A DNA stretch of 62,790 nt, filler included, from Globobulimina sp. (GCA_003354225.1; 29 parts of 29 records of this genome joined end to end with filler, not necessarily neighbours in it); one strand, 5' to 3'; positions 37,781 to 49,894 are shown, counted from the first letter of the whole stretch. Program-made: numbers and translations. Notes: a model not told the origin generated them from the letters alone.

Positions 37781-38686
37781 ATGAAAGAAGCTCCAGCAAA
37801 AATTGTATCAATTGCAAGCAGTTTAGCAGGTGTTGTAGAAGCATGCAGTGTGCAGCCATTTGATATGATCAAAACTAGAAATCAATTAAACAGCGGACTC
37901 TCCCCATCCTTGATCAACTCATTCAAAAGTGTGTATTATGAAGGCGGTTTTTTAAGATTTTATCGTGGTTTATTACCTGAACTGATCGGGTTTATACCAA
38001 AAACAAACGCACAATATTTTTCATATGAATATACGCGAAGATACTTAAGTCATTACAATGATGGTCAATGTCATTGGGCTATTTGTGCATTTTCAGGATA
38101 TATTGCTGGACATTGCACTGCTTTCACAGTGACACCATCCCAAATCATTAAAGTTAGATTGCAAAGTAAACAGCATTTAGGTAAATATGCAAATACATTT
38201 GATTGTTATTATAAAGTATTATCAGAAGAAGGAATAAGATCATTAATGCTTGGTTTTGGTCCAACAATTTGGAGAAATAGCACATGGAACACCATATATT
38301 TTGGTTTAATGTATTATATCAAAGAGGAAATATTACCAGACGTTGAAAACAAACATAGAATTTATGGATTGTCACAAACATTAATCTCTGGATTTATTGG
38401 TGGCGTTGTTGCAACTTTGTTTAATGCACCATTTGATGTCGTAAAGTCAAGATTTCAGCAGCAAAGTTTAAACGATCCAAATCGACATAAATATACATTA
38501 TTAACTTTATATAATATCTATAAAAATGAAGGAATAAAAGGATGTTATCGGGGATTACAACCAAAGATCTTAAGGATGGGAATTGGTGGCGCTGTTTCCA
38601 TGGCAACGTTTGAGGTTATATGCAACTCATATGTTGAATATAAATCAAAGCATACAAATGTTACTGAGGGAGCTTTTGCATTATGA
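37781..38686 (+). CDS. Mitochondrial carrier, 2-oxodicarboxylate carrier (SLC25A21/ODC)-like
   Basis: Three carrier repeats (PFDMIKTR, PSQIIKVRLQ, PFDVVKSR) with ODC-type RNSTWNTIYFG and PKILRMG.GG. Confidence 0.88.
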   Translation: MKEAPAKIVSIASSLAGVVEACSVQPFDMIKTRNQLNSGLSPSLINSFKSVYYEGGFLRFYRGLLPELIGFIPKTNAQYFSYEYTRRYLSHYNDGQCHWAICAFSGYIAGHCTAFTVTPSQIIKVRLQSKQHLGKYANTFDCYYKVLSEEGIRSLMLGFGPTIWRNSTWNTIYFGLMYYIKEEILPDVENKHRIYGLSQTLISGFIGGVVATLFNAPFDVVKSRFQQQSLNDPNRHKYTLLTLYNIYKNEGIKGCYRGLQPKILRMGIGGAVSMATFEVICNSYVEYKSKHTNVTEGAFAL

Positions 38687-39052
38687 CTAATCTGCTTTGC
38701 GTTATTTAATCATTGTAAATATATAAATGCAATACTGGGACTACATTGTCACGTTTAAAAATTACCAAACATTTTCTTACCATGCCATGCTTTCAAGCGA
38801 GTTTGAGCTGAACTTACAATTTACAAAACATGATAAAACAGCATTTTGTTTGTGGTACAGTAGTGTTTCCGATAAGATATACGTATATGATTAGATAATA
38901 TAGCTAATATATTGATCATATAATATATTACACAGCGAAGATTACCTTAGGANNNNNNNNNNNNNNNNNNNNNNNNNNNNNNNNNNNNNNNNNNNNTTAA
39001 TTAATTAANNNNNNNNNNNNNNNNNNNNNNNNNNNNNNNNNNNNNNNNNNNN

Positions 39053-39259
39053 AACAGCTAATACATCATAGATTTTATTACTTTTCTTTCTGTGTTTCCT
39101 CTTTGGACATTCTGCAAATTCTTTGCATGAATAATATTTTTTTAACGGATATCCATTTTTTTCTAATTGTTCTTTGTTTAATATCAATCGTTCGAATTGT
39201 TGATTTTCATATACTTCCAATGGATCTCCAGTTCGTTCTGTGTGGAACATTGTAAACAT
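39053..39259 (-). CDS. Possible Rex1/REXO-family RNA exonuclease fragment
   Basis: LILNKEQLEKNGYPL followed by VLAV at the contig end, where a DEDDh DCEM motif would be expected. Confidence 0.4.
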
Positions 39260-39642
39260 TTACAGCGCTGCGCTTAAACTTTAGAGTAATAGGTTGATGA
39301 ATGTTGAATTTTGAGAATTACACTAATTGCGAGATTGCGATGACGACGTGGCTGCAGCTGAGCTATTGTGCTGCTTTAATTCTTTTCGGACTTCAACTTT
39401 TGGAGTTAATCGCTTACCACAATAAATTAGCTCAATACTTGTGACTGCAGTGTTTTGGTGGGAGTTACATTCAACATATTACACAATAAATCCAATGACA
39501 TTAAGCAGATACAAAAAAACATCGGCGGCTCACAACCAAATAAATCGAAACATCACTGATCAAGACATTTATGGGATGAATTCATAAATTTAAAATCAAA
39601 TCAAAATATAACACAACAATACAATATTTTTAATTTTTATGT

Positions 39643-40436
39643 CTATGAAACACGCTTCAAACGAACAACCCTCATTTTGCAGTGATGATTATGGCATATT
39701 TTAGTAACACGAACAATGTTTCCTCTTTCATCCGTACTTTGTTTGTTATACGCGGCTTGGATCGGCATTCCACCCATCATTTGTAATAAGGGCATTACCA
39801 TCGGGAATGAAGGTATTGCTGTTCTAATTGGATTGTTCTGACCCTGTCCGCCACTAAAACGAATACCAAATATTCCAAATGATGACTGTTTCTCTCCCAT
39901 CATTTGTTCAAACATTTTAAACACATTCATTGCGTCATCCATTGAAATATCAGGTTCAGATTTGTGTTTTTCCACTGTGCAAACAAAAAACAATCTGATT
40001 AATGACGGAAAACACACACAAAGATCACATAACTGTTTGCTTTCAATTTCATGTCATAATTGGCGCGTTTTCGTGCATCTTTTAACGTTTCATAAGCCTC
40101 AGCAATACGAATAAAAATTTTCTCTGCAAAGGGACTCTTATTTCGATCTGGATGGAAAGCTTTGGACAATTTATGATATGAATGTGCTATTTCTTGCATT
40201 GATGCGTCTGCTTTAACTTGCAACACATTATAAAATGTTTTCTTATCTTGTGATAATTTGGAGATATCTTCAGTTTGTTCGTGCAAAACAATTGCTTTAT
40301 AATCGTCAGTTTGTAATGATTCTAAATGTGCCTTTTGTACATCATCTAAAGTCGGAGGACCTGTAATGATGACATAGATGGAAATAGTAAATGCAATGAA
40401 TAATACAATCAAAGCAATGGCCAATACGCAAGCCAC
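39643..40436 (-). CDS. Membrane-anchored DnaJ (J-domain) protein, spliced
   Basis: TM helix, then FYNVLQV..FHPDRN..FIRIAEAYETLKD..R..YD. Intron 40033-39975 joins the second exon in frame. Confidence 0.85.
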
Positions 40437-40906
40437 AAACTTCCAAAATGCTCCTTTGTATTTTGCCTCTGTTTATTTTAGATTTATGATTGCAAATTGC
40501 GATAACATTTAGTCTACAAATGAAAAGATAGATATTTAACCTGCATCAGATGTCATTCAATGTGCGCTTTTAATACTATTTGATCGATTTATTGCAGTGG
40601 TAATACCGTTGCAATAATAATACACGGGTTAATTAATGAAATAATGTTTGATTTCATAATTCATATAAATCCGATATGCGAGCTTCCGTGGTGAGATTAT
40701 CACTGTTTTGCGCAGCTGCAACGGATATTTTTTAACCTAATTCTTCTTGTTTTATAGATGGAGCATTAATATATTTTCGAACTCAAATAAGTTATAATTA
40801 TAATAAACATACATTTTTGTGAATCCCATAAATAAAAAGGTGTTTTTTTAACACATTGTATATATGGGTGTAAACATACGTTGATTACCAATATAAACAT
40901 AAGATC

Positions 40907-40960
40907 GACTCAGTAGCTCAATGGATAGAGCGTGTGTCTGCAGCTTCTGCTGTCCCTCCA
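40907..40960 (+). ncRNA. tRNA-shaped element, 5' half only (copy B)
   Basis: GACTCAG-TA-GCTC-AATGGATA-GAGC-G-TGTGT-CT-GCA-GCTTCTGCTGTCCCTCCA. No 3' half appears before the contig ends at 41120. Confidence 0.75.
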
Positions 40961-41220
40961 CAAAACTACTCTAATTTCTATACAGAATAGGTAAAAGAAA
41001 CCTGGCATCAGTCAGTCACTTTGCTGGCTAGTGTATGGGTGCTCTTTGTATCTGCTCGGTAACATCTAAGATTTCATTGATTTAACAACCCAACCAATCT
41101 TAAAAAAAATCGTAATATTGNNNNNNNNNNNNNNNNNNNNNNNNNNNNNNNNNNNNNNNNNNNNTTAATTAATTAANNNNNNNNNNNNNNNNNNNNNNNN
41201 NNNNNNNNNNNNNNNNNNNN

Positions 41221-42225
41221 TTTAAATACATCACTTGAACCATTATGATTGTCATATAATATACAATGTAATATTGTATTTGTGGCTTGTTTTGGCGTCA
41301 ACATTGCTAATTTCCTGAACCAGCCAAATGAGAATGAGCAACAACGCTGGAAACAGTTATAATTTTTCCTATATTCATCAGGATTTCCCGTATCTACCAA
41401 ACCGGGATGTATTGAGCTTAAAATAATATCACAATTCTTCTCTTCACAATGCTCATCAATGATTCTTTGAAACTTTCTAATCCATAAACATTGAGCCAAT
41501 TTTACCGAACAATACATCGAAAAACTATTGTAATTTGATATATTCTCTTCATTATCAAATATATCACTGATTTCCTCCTTTGTTACCTTATAAATCGAAT
41601 TTGGAATAAACAAATTCCAATCTATTGAACCATATTTTAACACACTGGATACAACACAAACAATTCGAGCAAAATTATTCTTTTTAAATATATGAAATAA
41701 TTTATTTGTTAGATAAATATGACCAAAGTAATCGACAGCAAAGTTTGTTTCCAATCCATTAATATTTGATAAACAATTTGGAGGATTAATAGCTGCATTC
41801 AATACCAATATATCTATTCTAATGTGGTTTGTAACGATATTATCGACGAATGTATCAATTGATTCGAATGAACTCAAATCTAATTCAATAAATCTCATAT
41901 CACCCAATCTATTTCGCAATTTTGTTTCTTGAGTATTCAATTCATTTTTGATACACTTAATAGCCTCCAATGCTTTTTCCTTATTCCGGCAGGCGAGAAT
42001 TACATTGCATCCTCTTTCAATTAATAATGTTGTAACTGCACGGCCAATACCACGGTTAGCGCCTGTTACAATTGCATATTCACCGCGTATATCACGGGAA
42101 AATGGTGTATGTTTTACACATAATCCGTCATTGGAATATTGGCGAATGCATGCAACCAGAATCAAAATGCTTAGAATCAATACAATTACACAGAGCACTA
42201 CAATGTAATACCATGAAAACTCCAT
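41221..42225 (-). CDS. Short-chain dehydrogenase/reductase (retinol dehydrogenase-like), 3' truncated
   Basis: N-terminal TM helix, IVTGANRGIG, LDLSSFESI, YCSVK and HPGLVDT. Confidence 0.9.
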
Positions 42226-42318
42226 AATGAATAAAGTCAAGTCAAGAAAATAAAAAACGTTTGTATTTAAAATAATTAAAATAGTCAAATCCAAGTCAAG
42301 AAAGATCAAATAACATTG

Positions 42319-42450
42319 AACGATATATTAAGATAGATAACTCCCCTGTATACCGAATATTTCCCTTACGTTTCCAACAAACGTGAACCGTGATAATGGT
42401 ATACAAGCCTTTAATACAAGGGGGAGTGTTATCTTTTTAATCGCATCGTT
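42319..42450. repeat. Fold-back repeat, short member of the family at 55541-55996
   Basis: AACGAT..ATTAAGATAGATAACTCCCCTGTAT pairs imperfectly with ATACAAGGGGGAGTGTTATCTTTTTAATCGCATCGTT. Confidence 0.7.
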
Positions 42451-42510
42451 GAATCGTGTGAACCATGTTTAAAACACAAATCACCTAACACCATGTTTAA
42501 AAGTTCGAAT

Positions 42511-42570
42511 GGATCCATAGACTTTTGGGATTTTGGAACTTTGCGATTCTTCTGTCTCCAAGGCTGCAGC
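42511..42570 (+). repeat. Dispersed repeat module
   Basis: GGATCCATAGACTTTTGGGATTTTGGAACTTTGCGATTCTTCT matches the reverse complement of about 43778-43820 on another contig at 42 of 43 positions. Confidence 0.85.
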
Positions 42571-43643
42571 ATTTATAAAAAGATTTACTGACGTATTCTG
42601 AGGAAGGAAAATAGGTTAATAATAAAATGTTAAAGGTAACATTTAACTTTTTGCTTTTCAATTTGAAATTACTGTTTTTTACTGTAAACTCTTTGAATTT
42701 ACAGTTTTTTACAGATTATTCAAAATAAAAACGTTATATTCAACGCACAGTTAATTGTAAATAAGTTATATTCAACGCCGTCCTCTGTTGCAGACAATAC
42801 CATATCTTCTATTTTGTGCAATGCTTTAAATATACCAATATTATCCACATTACATCCAATATAAAAATGCTTAATAAATTGTTTTAAAATTGTTTTGAAT
42901 TTATTTGGATATAATAAGCATTGCGTTGGCAATAATGGTTTATTTGTATTATTTCCAATATTTGAGATGTTGGAGCTCAGTATTTTTAATAAAATAGATA
43001 CAAATAAATGTATTTTTATGTTATTATCCAGTCCAACGTTTTCGTTACAAAACTGTATATTAGCTATAGATATAGATGGAATACTTTGTGTAATTGAAGA
43101 CAAAACAAAAACGTGCGTACAAACACGAATGCGTAATACAAAAACGAATGCGTAATACAAAACGAATTTGGATAAAATAAGCAATTTCCGTATATCTTTG
43201 CATTATGCTTTGTAAACCACTTTATTGATGCTTGAGTGTATCCATTTTGTGCTGAATAATTTATTTCTGATCCATTCCATGACAATANNNNNNNNNNNNN
43301 NNNNNNNNNNNNNNNNNNNNNNNNNNNNNNNTTAATTAATTAANNNNNNNNNNNNNNNNNNNNNNNNNNNNNNNNNNNNNNNNNNNNGAGTTCATAGGTG
43401 ATAGGAGGACTGGATTATAGCGTTGGTTTGAGATCTGTGTATGACATCTCGAAACAATTAAAAAAAAACGAAGTTCTGAACATTTCCAAAACTTCACAAC
43501 TGTGTAGTATTCGAATCCTAGTATTCAAAGTTGAAAACCACTCTAGCTAACTCAAAAAGGCAAAAACAATGCCAATCACAAAAGAAGTGTTTAGAAGTTT
43601 AAGCCTAAAAAGTCAATTGTCGCTCAGTTTCTTAGGAATTCCA

Positions 43644-43820
43644 GGACTTTTAGAACTTTGCGTCTGTACAGAAATGAATTGCTGGGTAGCAAAAACGTTA
43701 TATGGTAACAAATGCGTTACTGATTGACAGAAAATCCTGCTCAAAACCTTGAGAAACGTTTCTATCTGCAGCGGGATAGAAGAATCGCAAAGTTCCAAAA
43801 TCCCAAAGGTCTATGGATCC
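43644..43820. repeat. Dispersed repeat module with internal inverted repeat
   Basis: GGACTTTTAGAACTTTGCG (43644-43662) is inverted to CGCAAAGTTCCAAAATCCC (43786-43804). The right arm is shared with 42511. Confidence 0.75.
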
Positions 43821-43939
43821 TAAAACATGAACGACAATGATTACGAAAATTAGTATAAAGACTTTACCGTGATTAATCACGTATATTGTGGTTATTTGAA
43901 GTTTTCATTTTGTAGCGCACAAACATTGACAAACAAAAC

Positions 43940-44776
43940 ATGAATTTGGGGGTTTTCATCTCAAACTTTTCCACAATATCCGATACGTTAATTTTAAATT
44001 TGTTTACCATGTACGTGTCGTTAAGGAAGCAACCTTACAAAGTTCAGAGAGCATCGAAGAGAGAGTTATCGCACAGATTATGCGTGTATGGCTACATCAG
44101 AGAGCATTGTGTTACATATGAAGTCCCCAATGTGCTCCAAGAATTATGTTTATTAATGACAATCGACCCAATGGATGAATGGAATGGAACATTGTCGAAC
44201 CGAGATTTAATATATCAATCAATATCAGAATCAGAGAATAATATCTGTCGACTGATCGACCACAAAAAAGATAGTAATAAATGGAGAAATGTATTTGGAT
44301 CACTCGTAGTGAAACACGGAGAATTACAAATATGGAGGTTACGAATTATAAACAATGCAAAGCCTGGTCAGTTTTTATCGACTGGCAAATTGAAGCGATC
44401 CGTAATGATTGGTATCATAAATTGCAACGTACCAAATGAAAATATCTGTAATAATCCACATATTAATTCCATGACATCTTATTTTGCCGACACAAAACAT
44501 AAAAACATATGTGATGGATATGCCTTTTATGCTTATGACGGCAACCTATTTTGCACAAAAACAAAGAGGAAAAAATATGGTAAACAGTGGGATCGCGGAG
44601 ATATTATTACTATGACATTGGACATGACGCAGAAAAATAGTGGCAATGCTATATTGTCATTCAAAATAAATAATAAAAACCAAAGTGTTGCATTTGATAA
44701 TATTGATATCCATAAAACATATTGTTTGGCTGCGTCTTTTTTCTTTGAAGAGGAAGTTGAAATAATTAATGAATAA
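43940..44776 (+). CDS. F-box-like N-terminal motif + SPRY-like domain protein
   Basis: LCVYGYIRE..VPNVLQELC, then VMIGII..YAFY..G..YGKQWDRGDIITMTLDM..LSFKIN. Confidence 0.75.
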   Translation: MNLGVFISNFSTISDTLILNLFTMYVSLRKQPYKVQRASKRELSHRLCVYGYIREHCVTYEVPNVLQELCLLMTIDPMDEWNGTLSNRDLIYQSISESENNICRLIDHKKDSNKWRNVFGSLVVKHGELQIWRLRIINNAKPGQFLSTGKLKRSVMIGIINCNVPNENICNNPHINSMTSYFADTKHKNICDGYAFYAYDGNLFCTKTKRKKYGKQWDRGDIITMTLDMTQKNSGNAILSFKINNKNQSVAFDNIDIHKTYCLAASFFFEEEVEIINE

Positions 44777-45060
44777 ATATTGCATTTTATACTTTATGTA
44801 TTGTTTTATGTAATTTTGTGTTATCTTTCTTATATAATTGAAAAATGTATGCATGGCAAACATGCAATTATTCGTTTTAAGTTGCTTTCTGTTAAATATT
44901 TTTCCGCTCTGTTTTTGTTATTGTTTTTTTTGCATACATTTAAGAACAAAAACAGATTTTTTTTTGAGTGTTTGGTGTTTTTGTTTCGCATTTCCAGGTT
45001 TTTAAGTTTAAGCTCGTTCTGTCGAACATTTCTCACATTTCAGTTGCTTTTAAATATTAA

Positions 45061-45454
45061 ATGGCACAACCTGTTGCTAAACAATTGGAAGCAGATAAGA
45101 CGAGTTATGATGGATCAAAATTATTTTATCCAACCTATTGCTATGCTAAAACCTCCAAATTAGAATACATAAAGGACAGCAATGATGAAAAACAAACAAA
45201 TGAGAATCTATTTGATTATTACATGACAAGTTCAGTTGCATTCAGTATTTTTACAGATACATTTATTAGTTATTACACAATTTAATTTACAGTTGGTTTA
45301 AATTCAAGCATTAAAAAAGAAGGCTTTAGTCGTAAACATTTAAATCTAATCATACTTTTAGATGTTTCTGGTTCGATGGGTTCACCATTTTACAATGACA
45401 CCAAAAATACAAAAAAGACCAAAATGATGGTAGCCAATGAAGCTGTGGTATCTT
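45061..45454 (+). CDS. von Willebrand factor A domain protein, 3' truncated
   Basis: After intron 45230-45292 the frame reads IGLNS..FSRKHLNLIILLDVSGSMGSPF (MIDAS DxSxS). Confidence 0.8.
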
Positions 45455-45554
45455 NNNNNNNNNNNNNNNNNNNNNNNNNNNNNNNNNNNNNNNNNNNNTT
45501 AATTAATTAANNNNNNNNNNNNNNNNNNNNNNNNNNNNNNNNNNNNNNNNNNNN

Positions 45555-47389
45555 TTGCCTTTTTGTTGAGTAAATAAAACAGCAACAGCAACACCAACAA
45601 CATGCAATACAACAACCGCACATTGCACGCCACGATGTACAAAAAACCATTTTGGTCCGGAAGGATACAAAAATTTGAAGGCACTCGACATAATGCCAAA
45701 TGATGCCAAAACACCCCACGCCACAAACATAATTATACCATGCACGATTTGCAATGATATGTCATCCGCAACGACCGCTGCTTCGCCAGTCAATAAATCC
45801 AATGCCAATGTGGCAGACGATCGACCTGCAACATCATGATAGGATACCTCCAATCCGTTATCGTCGCCTTTGGCCCATCTCATTTGTAAATGCGTCGTAT
45901 AAATATCAATAAATGAATCGGCATTGTCCACACTCTGCGTATACACAATATTAATTATTTCGTCATTTATCGTTTCTGAAACTTTGGTCCATTGTGCTGC
46001 CACATCATATTTCACCGAATCCCCAATTTTATCTGTAATCAAATATTGATATAATGCCAAATCTCTCGCCGTTTCTCCATTTTCTGCGTTATGCGTCGTC
46101 CAAATTAATGCGTTTCCAATCATACTGTCACTGAAAACAATGCCAAACCAATTGTTGCTATATTTAGAATATGTAATATCGATCGATACTGTTTTTGCCT
46201 CACAATCCATTGTAACCGCAATGGTGAAATCATTCAAACTTCCCTCCGCTTGCAAGAAATCGTTGTCCGCACATCCAGTATCTTCGCTATTTTGTTGCTG
46301 TTCCTGTGTAGTGCTCATAACTCCGTCACATCCGCATATTCTATCAATGGCACTACGGCCGCGACTTTGATGGTTTCCAAAGTTAACACCCGACCAACCC
46401 ACAGCTGCTATTATATCGATTGAACTGTCCGTGCAGTTCATAAATGAGGTAAAATCATACGTATTTGCATCATTCCACAGTCGCGTCATTATCATCGTCC
46501 GTATGCCAGATTGTGCATCATCAGTCATAGTGAGATCGCCCACTGACGCATAGCTCGACGGAGTAATAATAATACCTTCAGCCCATTTGCCCAATTTACG
46601 TTCAATTACAGTGGAATCCGCTGTTACTATCACAGCATACGTATTATTCATCGAAGTATCACCAAACCCAAAAGCGAACCATTTGTTGATTGGTCCCCAT
46701 ATCTCTATTTCTATCATCTTATCTTCGATGTGGCGTCCTATTACAGCCTCCACTCCGTTTACCAACGTTATCGGTGCTGTACATGCCTCAAATCCTCCAG
46801 ATAATTGCGAAGCGTTCATGACAGTAAAAGTGCCCGTTGCTCTCTGCTGAGTCGGGTGTTTTTGTACATTGTTTAATGAATTGCATGGATTGGCGCAAAG
46901 ACCATAAGCCCATAAAAACGGGAAATCAGTGGCAACACTGGGAAACGAATAAAAACCATCCGTTTGTTGTTGAGAGGTAGCGACCCGATTTCGTGTTATT
47001 TGAATGGTGCGTGTAGAGGTTACAGCGTTTATGGTATCACTGGTTACTGTAATCATCGCAGGAGATAATAGTGTTGCCGGCCCAGTCACTGTCAACTTAT
47101 GTTCGCTAACTATATTGCCGGCATATGCAAGAATGGCATAACTGTCAATCATGGAATTTGTTTGGTTGGTGTCTGAAGTCTCTGAAGCAAATCCAATTGC
47201 AAACCATTTATTGGATGGGCCAATTATTGTGAGATCAACAGTGTTTGCGGCAGTATCGATAGTGACTGTGACATCAATAGCGGAGCCAAGATTGCTTTGT
47301 GATCCTAATAGTATTTACGTTTCCGACGCAACAAATACAAAAACAAAAACAACACTTATTGCTAGTGCCAATTGCAAGGACCTCGACAT
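45555..47389 (-). pseudogene. Multi-DOMON + cytochrome b561 protein with one in-frame TAA, 3' truncated
   Basis: Signal peptide from ATG 47389, TAA at 47317-47315, then an open frame. Three DOMON-like units (GPSNKWFAIGF, GPINKWFAFGFG, NNWFGIVF) and b561 motifs VHGIIMFVAWG and WFFVHRGVQ. Confidence 0.8.
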
Positions 47390-48642
47390 GATTAAAGAAA
47401 GAAAGAAAGAAAACTTTGCATCTGAAAATACACCATCTGGAACTTTAATTATTATTTTTTAGCATCAAAAGAAAAAGAAAATATACAAATTACAAATTAA
47501 TATACAACAAACAAACAAAAACAAACAAAAAGGAAGGAAGGAAGGCAAACATTGTACAATAAAATCAAATTAATTTAATTTAGAAAAATGAATCATTGCA
47601 TCACATCTGCATCTTTGACAGNNNNNNNNNNNNNNNNNNNNNNNNNNNNNNNNNNNNNNNNNNNNTTAATTAATTAANNNNNNNNNNNNNNNNNNNNNNN
47701 NNNNNNNNNNNNNNNNNNNNNGCACCAAATTCATCCAAAAAAACACGCATTGCTCCGGTTGATAGGAACCTTGCCACTAAAAACAAAAAACAACAAAATT
47801 ATTATTTGCACCGCGTCCGGCACCAAAATTGAACAGATTTCGAATGCTGTATTCGGGCTATATCACATTGCATAAGTTTACGGCTATGACGATGTCAAAG
47901 GATCCGCAGATTTTATCCTCGAAGGCTCGAACAGCACTGGTAATTCGAGTGGGTATTTCCCAAAATATCCCAATACGAATACATTGACAGTAGCCACAAC
48001 CTCTGACAACAGACATTATCAACCTCCGCCAGCGCAGCAGTATTAGTACCATGGCCATCCACAGCCAATTCGAATATTATTTGGTGGCATATTTTCCTTC
48101 AACATTCGCGTTTGCTTTAATTGCGTTCAACCAATTACGATGCAAACTATTCAATACTTCTTTTGCTTTATTACATGGTTTTGATTGCCTAATAATTGCC
48201 AACAATGCGTTTAAATCATCCAAAACTGGTTTAATATATTACTTTGTATTGCGAACCATAAATTAGATATGCTTCTTTTATTTCATTTTTAGTCCACGAT
48301 ATGCTTTTTTCTATTCATTGTCTTTTGCTGTCAGTTTTGTATATATATGTTGAACATACTATTTGTTAACCCTCAAATTATACATTTGATTCCGCCTTTC
48401 CGAATGTGTTATTAATCGTATATTATAGTTTCTATATGCCCAAACTGCAGATCTGAGCTGTTTATGCTGTTTATTTAATTATGGCATTCAATAATATCAA
48501 GGTAAACGAGATTAGAAAACTTTGTAACTGTGTTTAATGTACGAAAATATCACTCGTAATTTATTGTGGGAATGCAAAAACTCGATACGAAATTTAAGAA
48601 AAGTGTTTTTCTGCACATTTAATAGCTAAATTAAGCAACACC

Positions 48643-49258
48643 ATGGCAGAAACAATAGAAACCCCTTTGACAAAGCTATTTGGTATAAAATATCCAATCA
48701 TGTTAGCTGGGATGAATAAAGCATGTTAAGTTGCTGTATAAACGCACTGTTGTGACAAATGAAAAACCAAATATTCTAATCATTATAGCAGGACCAAAAT
48801 TAGCTGCAGCAGTCTGTAATGCAGGTGGTCTGGGCGTAATTGGTGGATACAATATGACCCCAAGAATATTAAAATTAACCATAAATATTTTAAAACAAAA
48901 TCTGACTCACAAAAACTCTTCATTCGGAGTAGATTTATTAATCCCAAAAGTGGGCGGTGGCGCCAGAGCAACCAACACAGATTATACAAAAGGAAAATTG
49001 CATGAATTGATTGATATCATTATCGAGTCCGGTGCCAAATTATTTGTATGCGCAGTAGGTGTGGCACCGAAAAATATCGTGAAAAAGTTACATGACAACA
49101 ACGTATTATATATGAATATGATCGGATCTCCGAAACATGTCAAATACGCATTAGGTGCAGGTGCGGATATTTTATGTTGCCAAGGTGGCGAAGGTGGTGG
49201 CCATACTGGCGAGGTGGCAACGACTTGTTTGTTACCAAAAGTAGTGGATATGATTAAA
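48643..49258 (+). CDS. Nitronate monooxygenase / 2-nitropropane dioxygenase family, 5' exons
   Basis: TPLTKLFGIKYPIMLAGM, intron 48725-48788, then GPKLAAAVCNAGGLGVIGG and QGGEGGGHTG. Confidence 0.88.
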
Positions 49259-49428
49259 GTTAGGTTCATCGATTAATTAAAAAGAAAAATGGGATGATTT
49301 ATTATTAAAAGATCAATTATTATTAAAATACAATGGAAAATAAGGATGCTTTTGGTGGATTTGAGGAATCGGTCTTTACGAAAATATGTCTGATCATAAA
49401 TATGTGTTTATGTACAAAAAATATATAC

Positions 49429-49631
49429 TGACTCAGGTAGGATTCAAACCTACATCCATGTGCATTGTAATCACAACATTTCATATGACGATTTTTATGT
49501 TGATAAAGTATCGTTTACGGAACACCATAAAAACAAACTGTTTTAAAAAAAAGCAAATGAAGTTAATTGTTGGTGGAACAGCATAAGCTGCAGACACATG
49601 CTCTATCATAAACTAGTTGAGCTACTGAGTC
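49429..49631 (-). ncRNA. tRNA-shaped element with about 120-nt insert in the anticodon loop (copy C)
   Basis: Minus strand reads GACTCAG-TA-GCTC-AACTAGTTTATGATA-GAGC-A-TGTGT-CT-GCA-GC..insert..GCACA-TGGAT-GTAGG-TTTGAAT-CCTAC-CTGAGTC-A. Confidence 0.82.
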
Positions 49632-49894
49632 TTTTTTTAATCAATAACGGATATAATATGTTGTATTTACACAGTTGTAATTTTCTCTCATTTTCAGACA
49701 TCGCGTTTTGAAGCACTCAATACAACTAAAAAGAACAAATATGCAATATTATATTGCAGATCGTTCAGCAATGAATATAAAAACAATTNNNNNNNNNNNN
49801 NNNNNNNNNNNNNNNNNNNNNNNNNNNNNNNNTTAATTAATTAANNNNNNNNNNNNNNNNNNNNNNNNNNNNNNNNNNNNNNNNNNNNGCAGAT

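Noticed and set aside
47315-47317. Possible TAA/TAG-to-Gln reassigned genetic code (also TAG at 61195)
   Set aside because: Many well-supported genes end in TAA (5922, 14217, 31304, 44776) and long ORFs lack internal TAR codons. Nonsense mutation is the simpler explanation.
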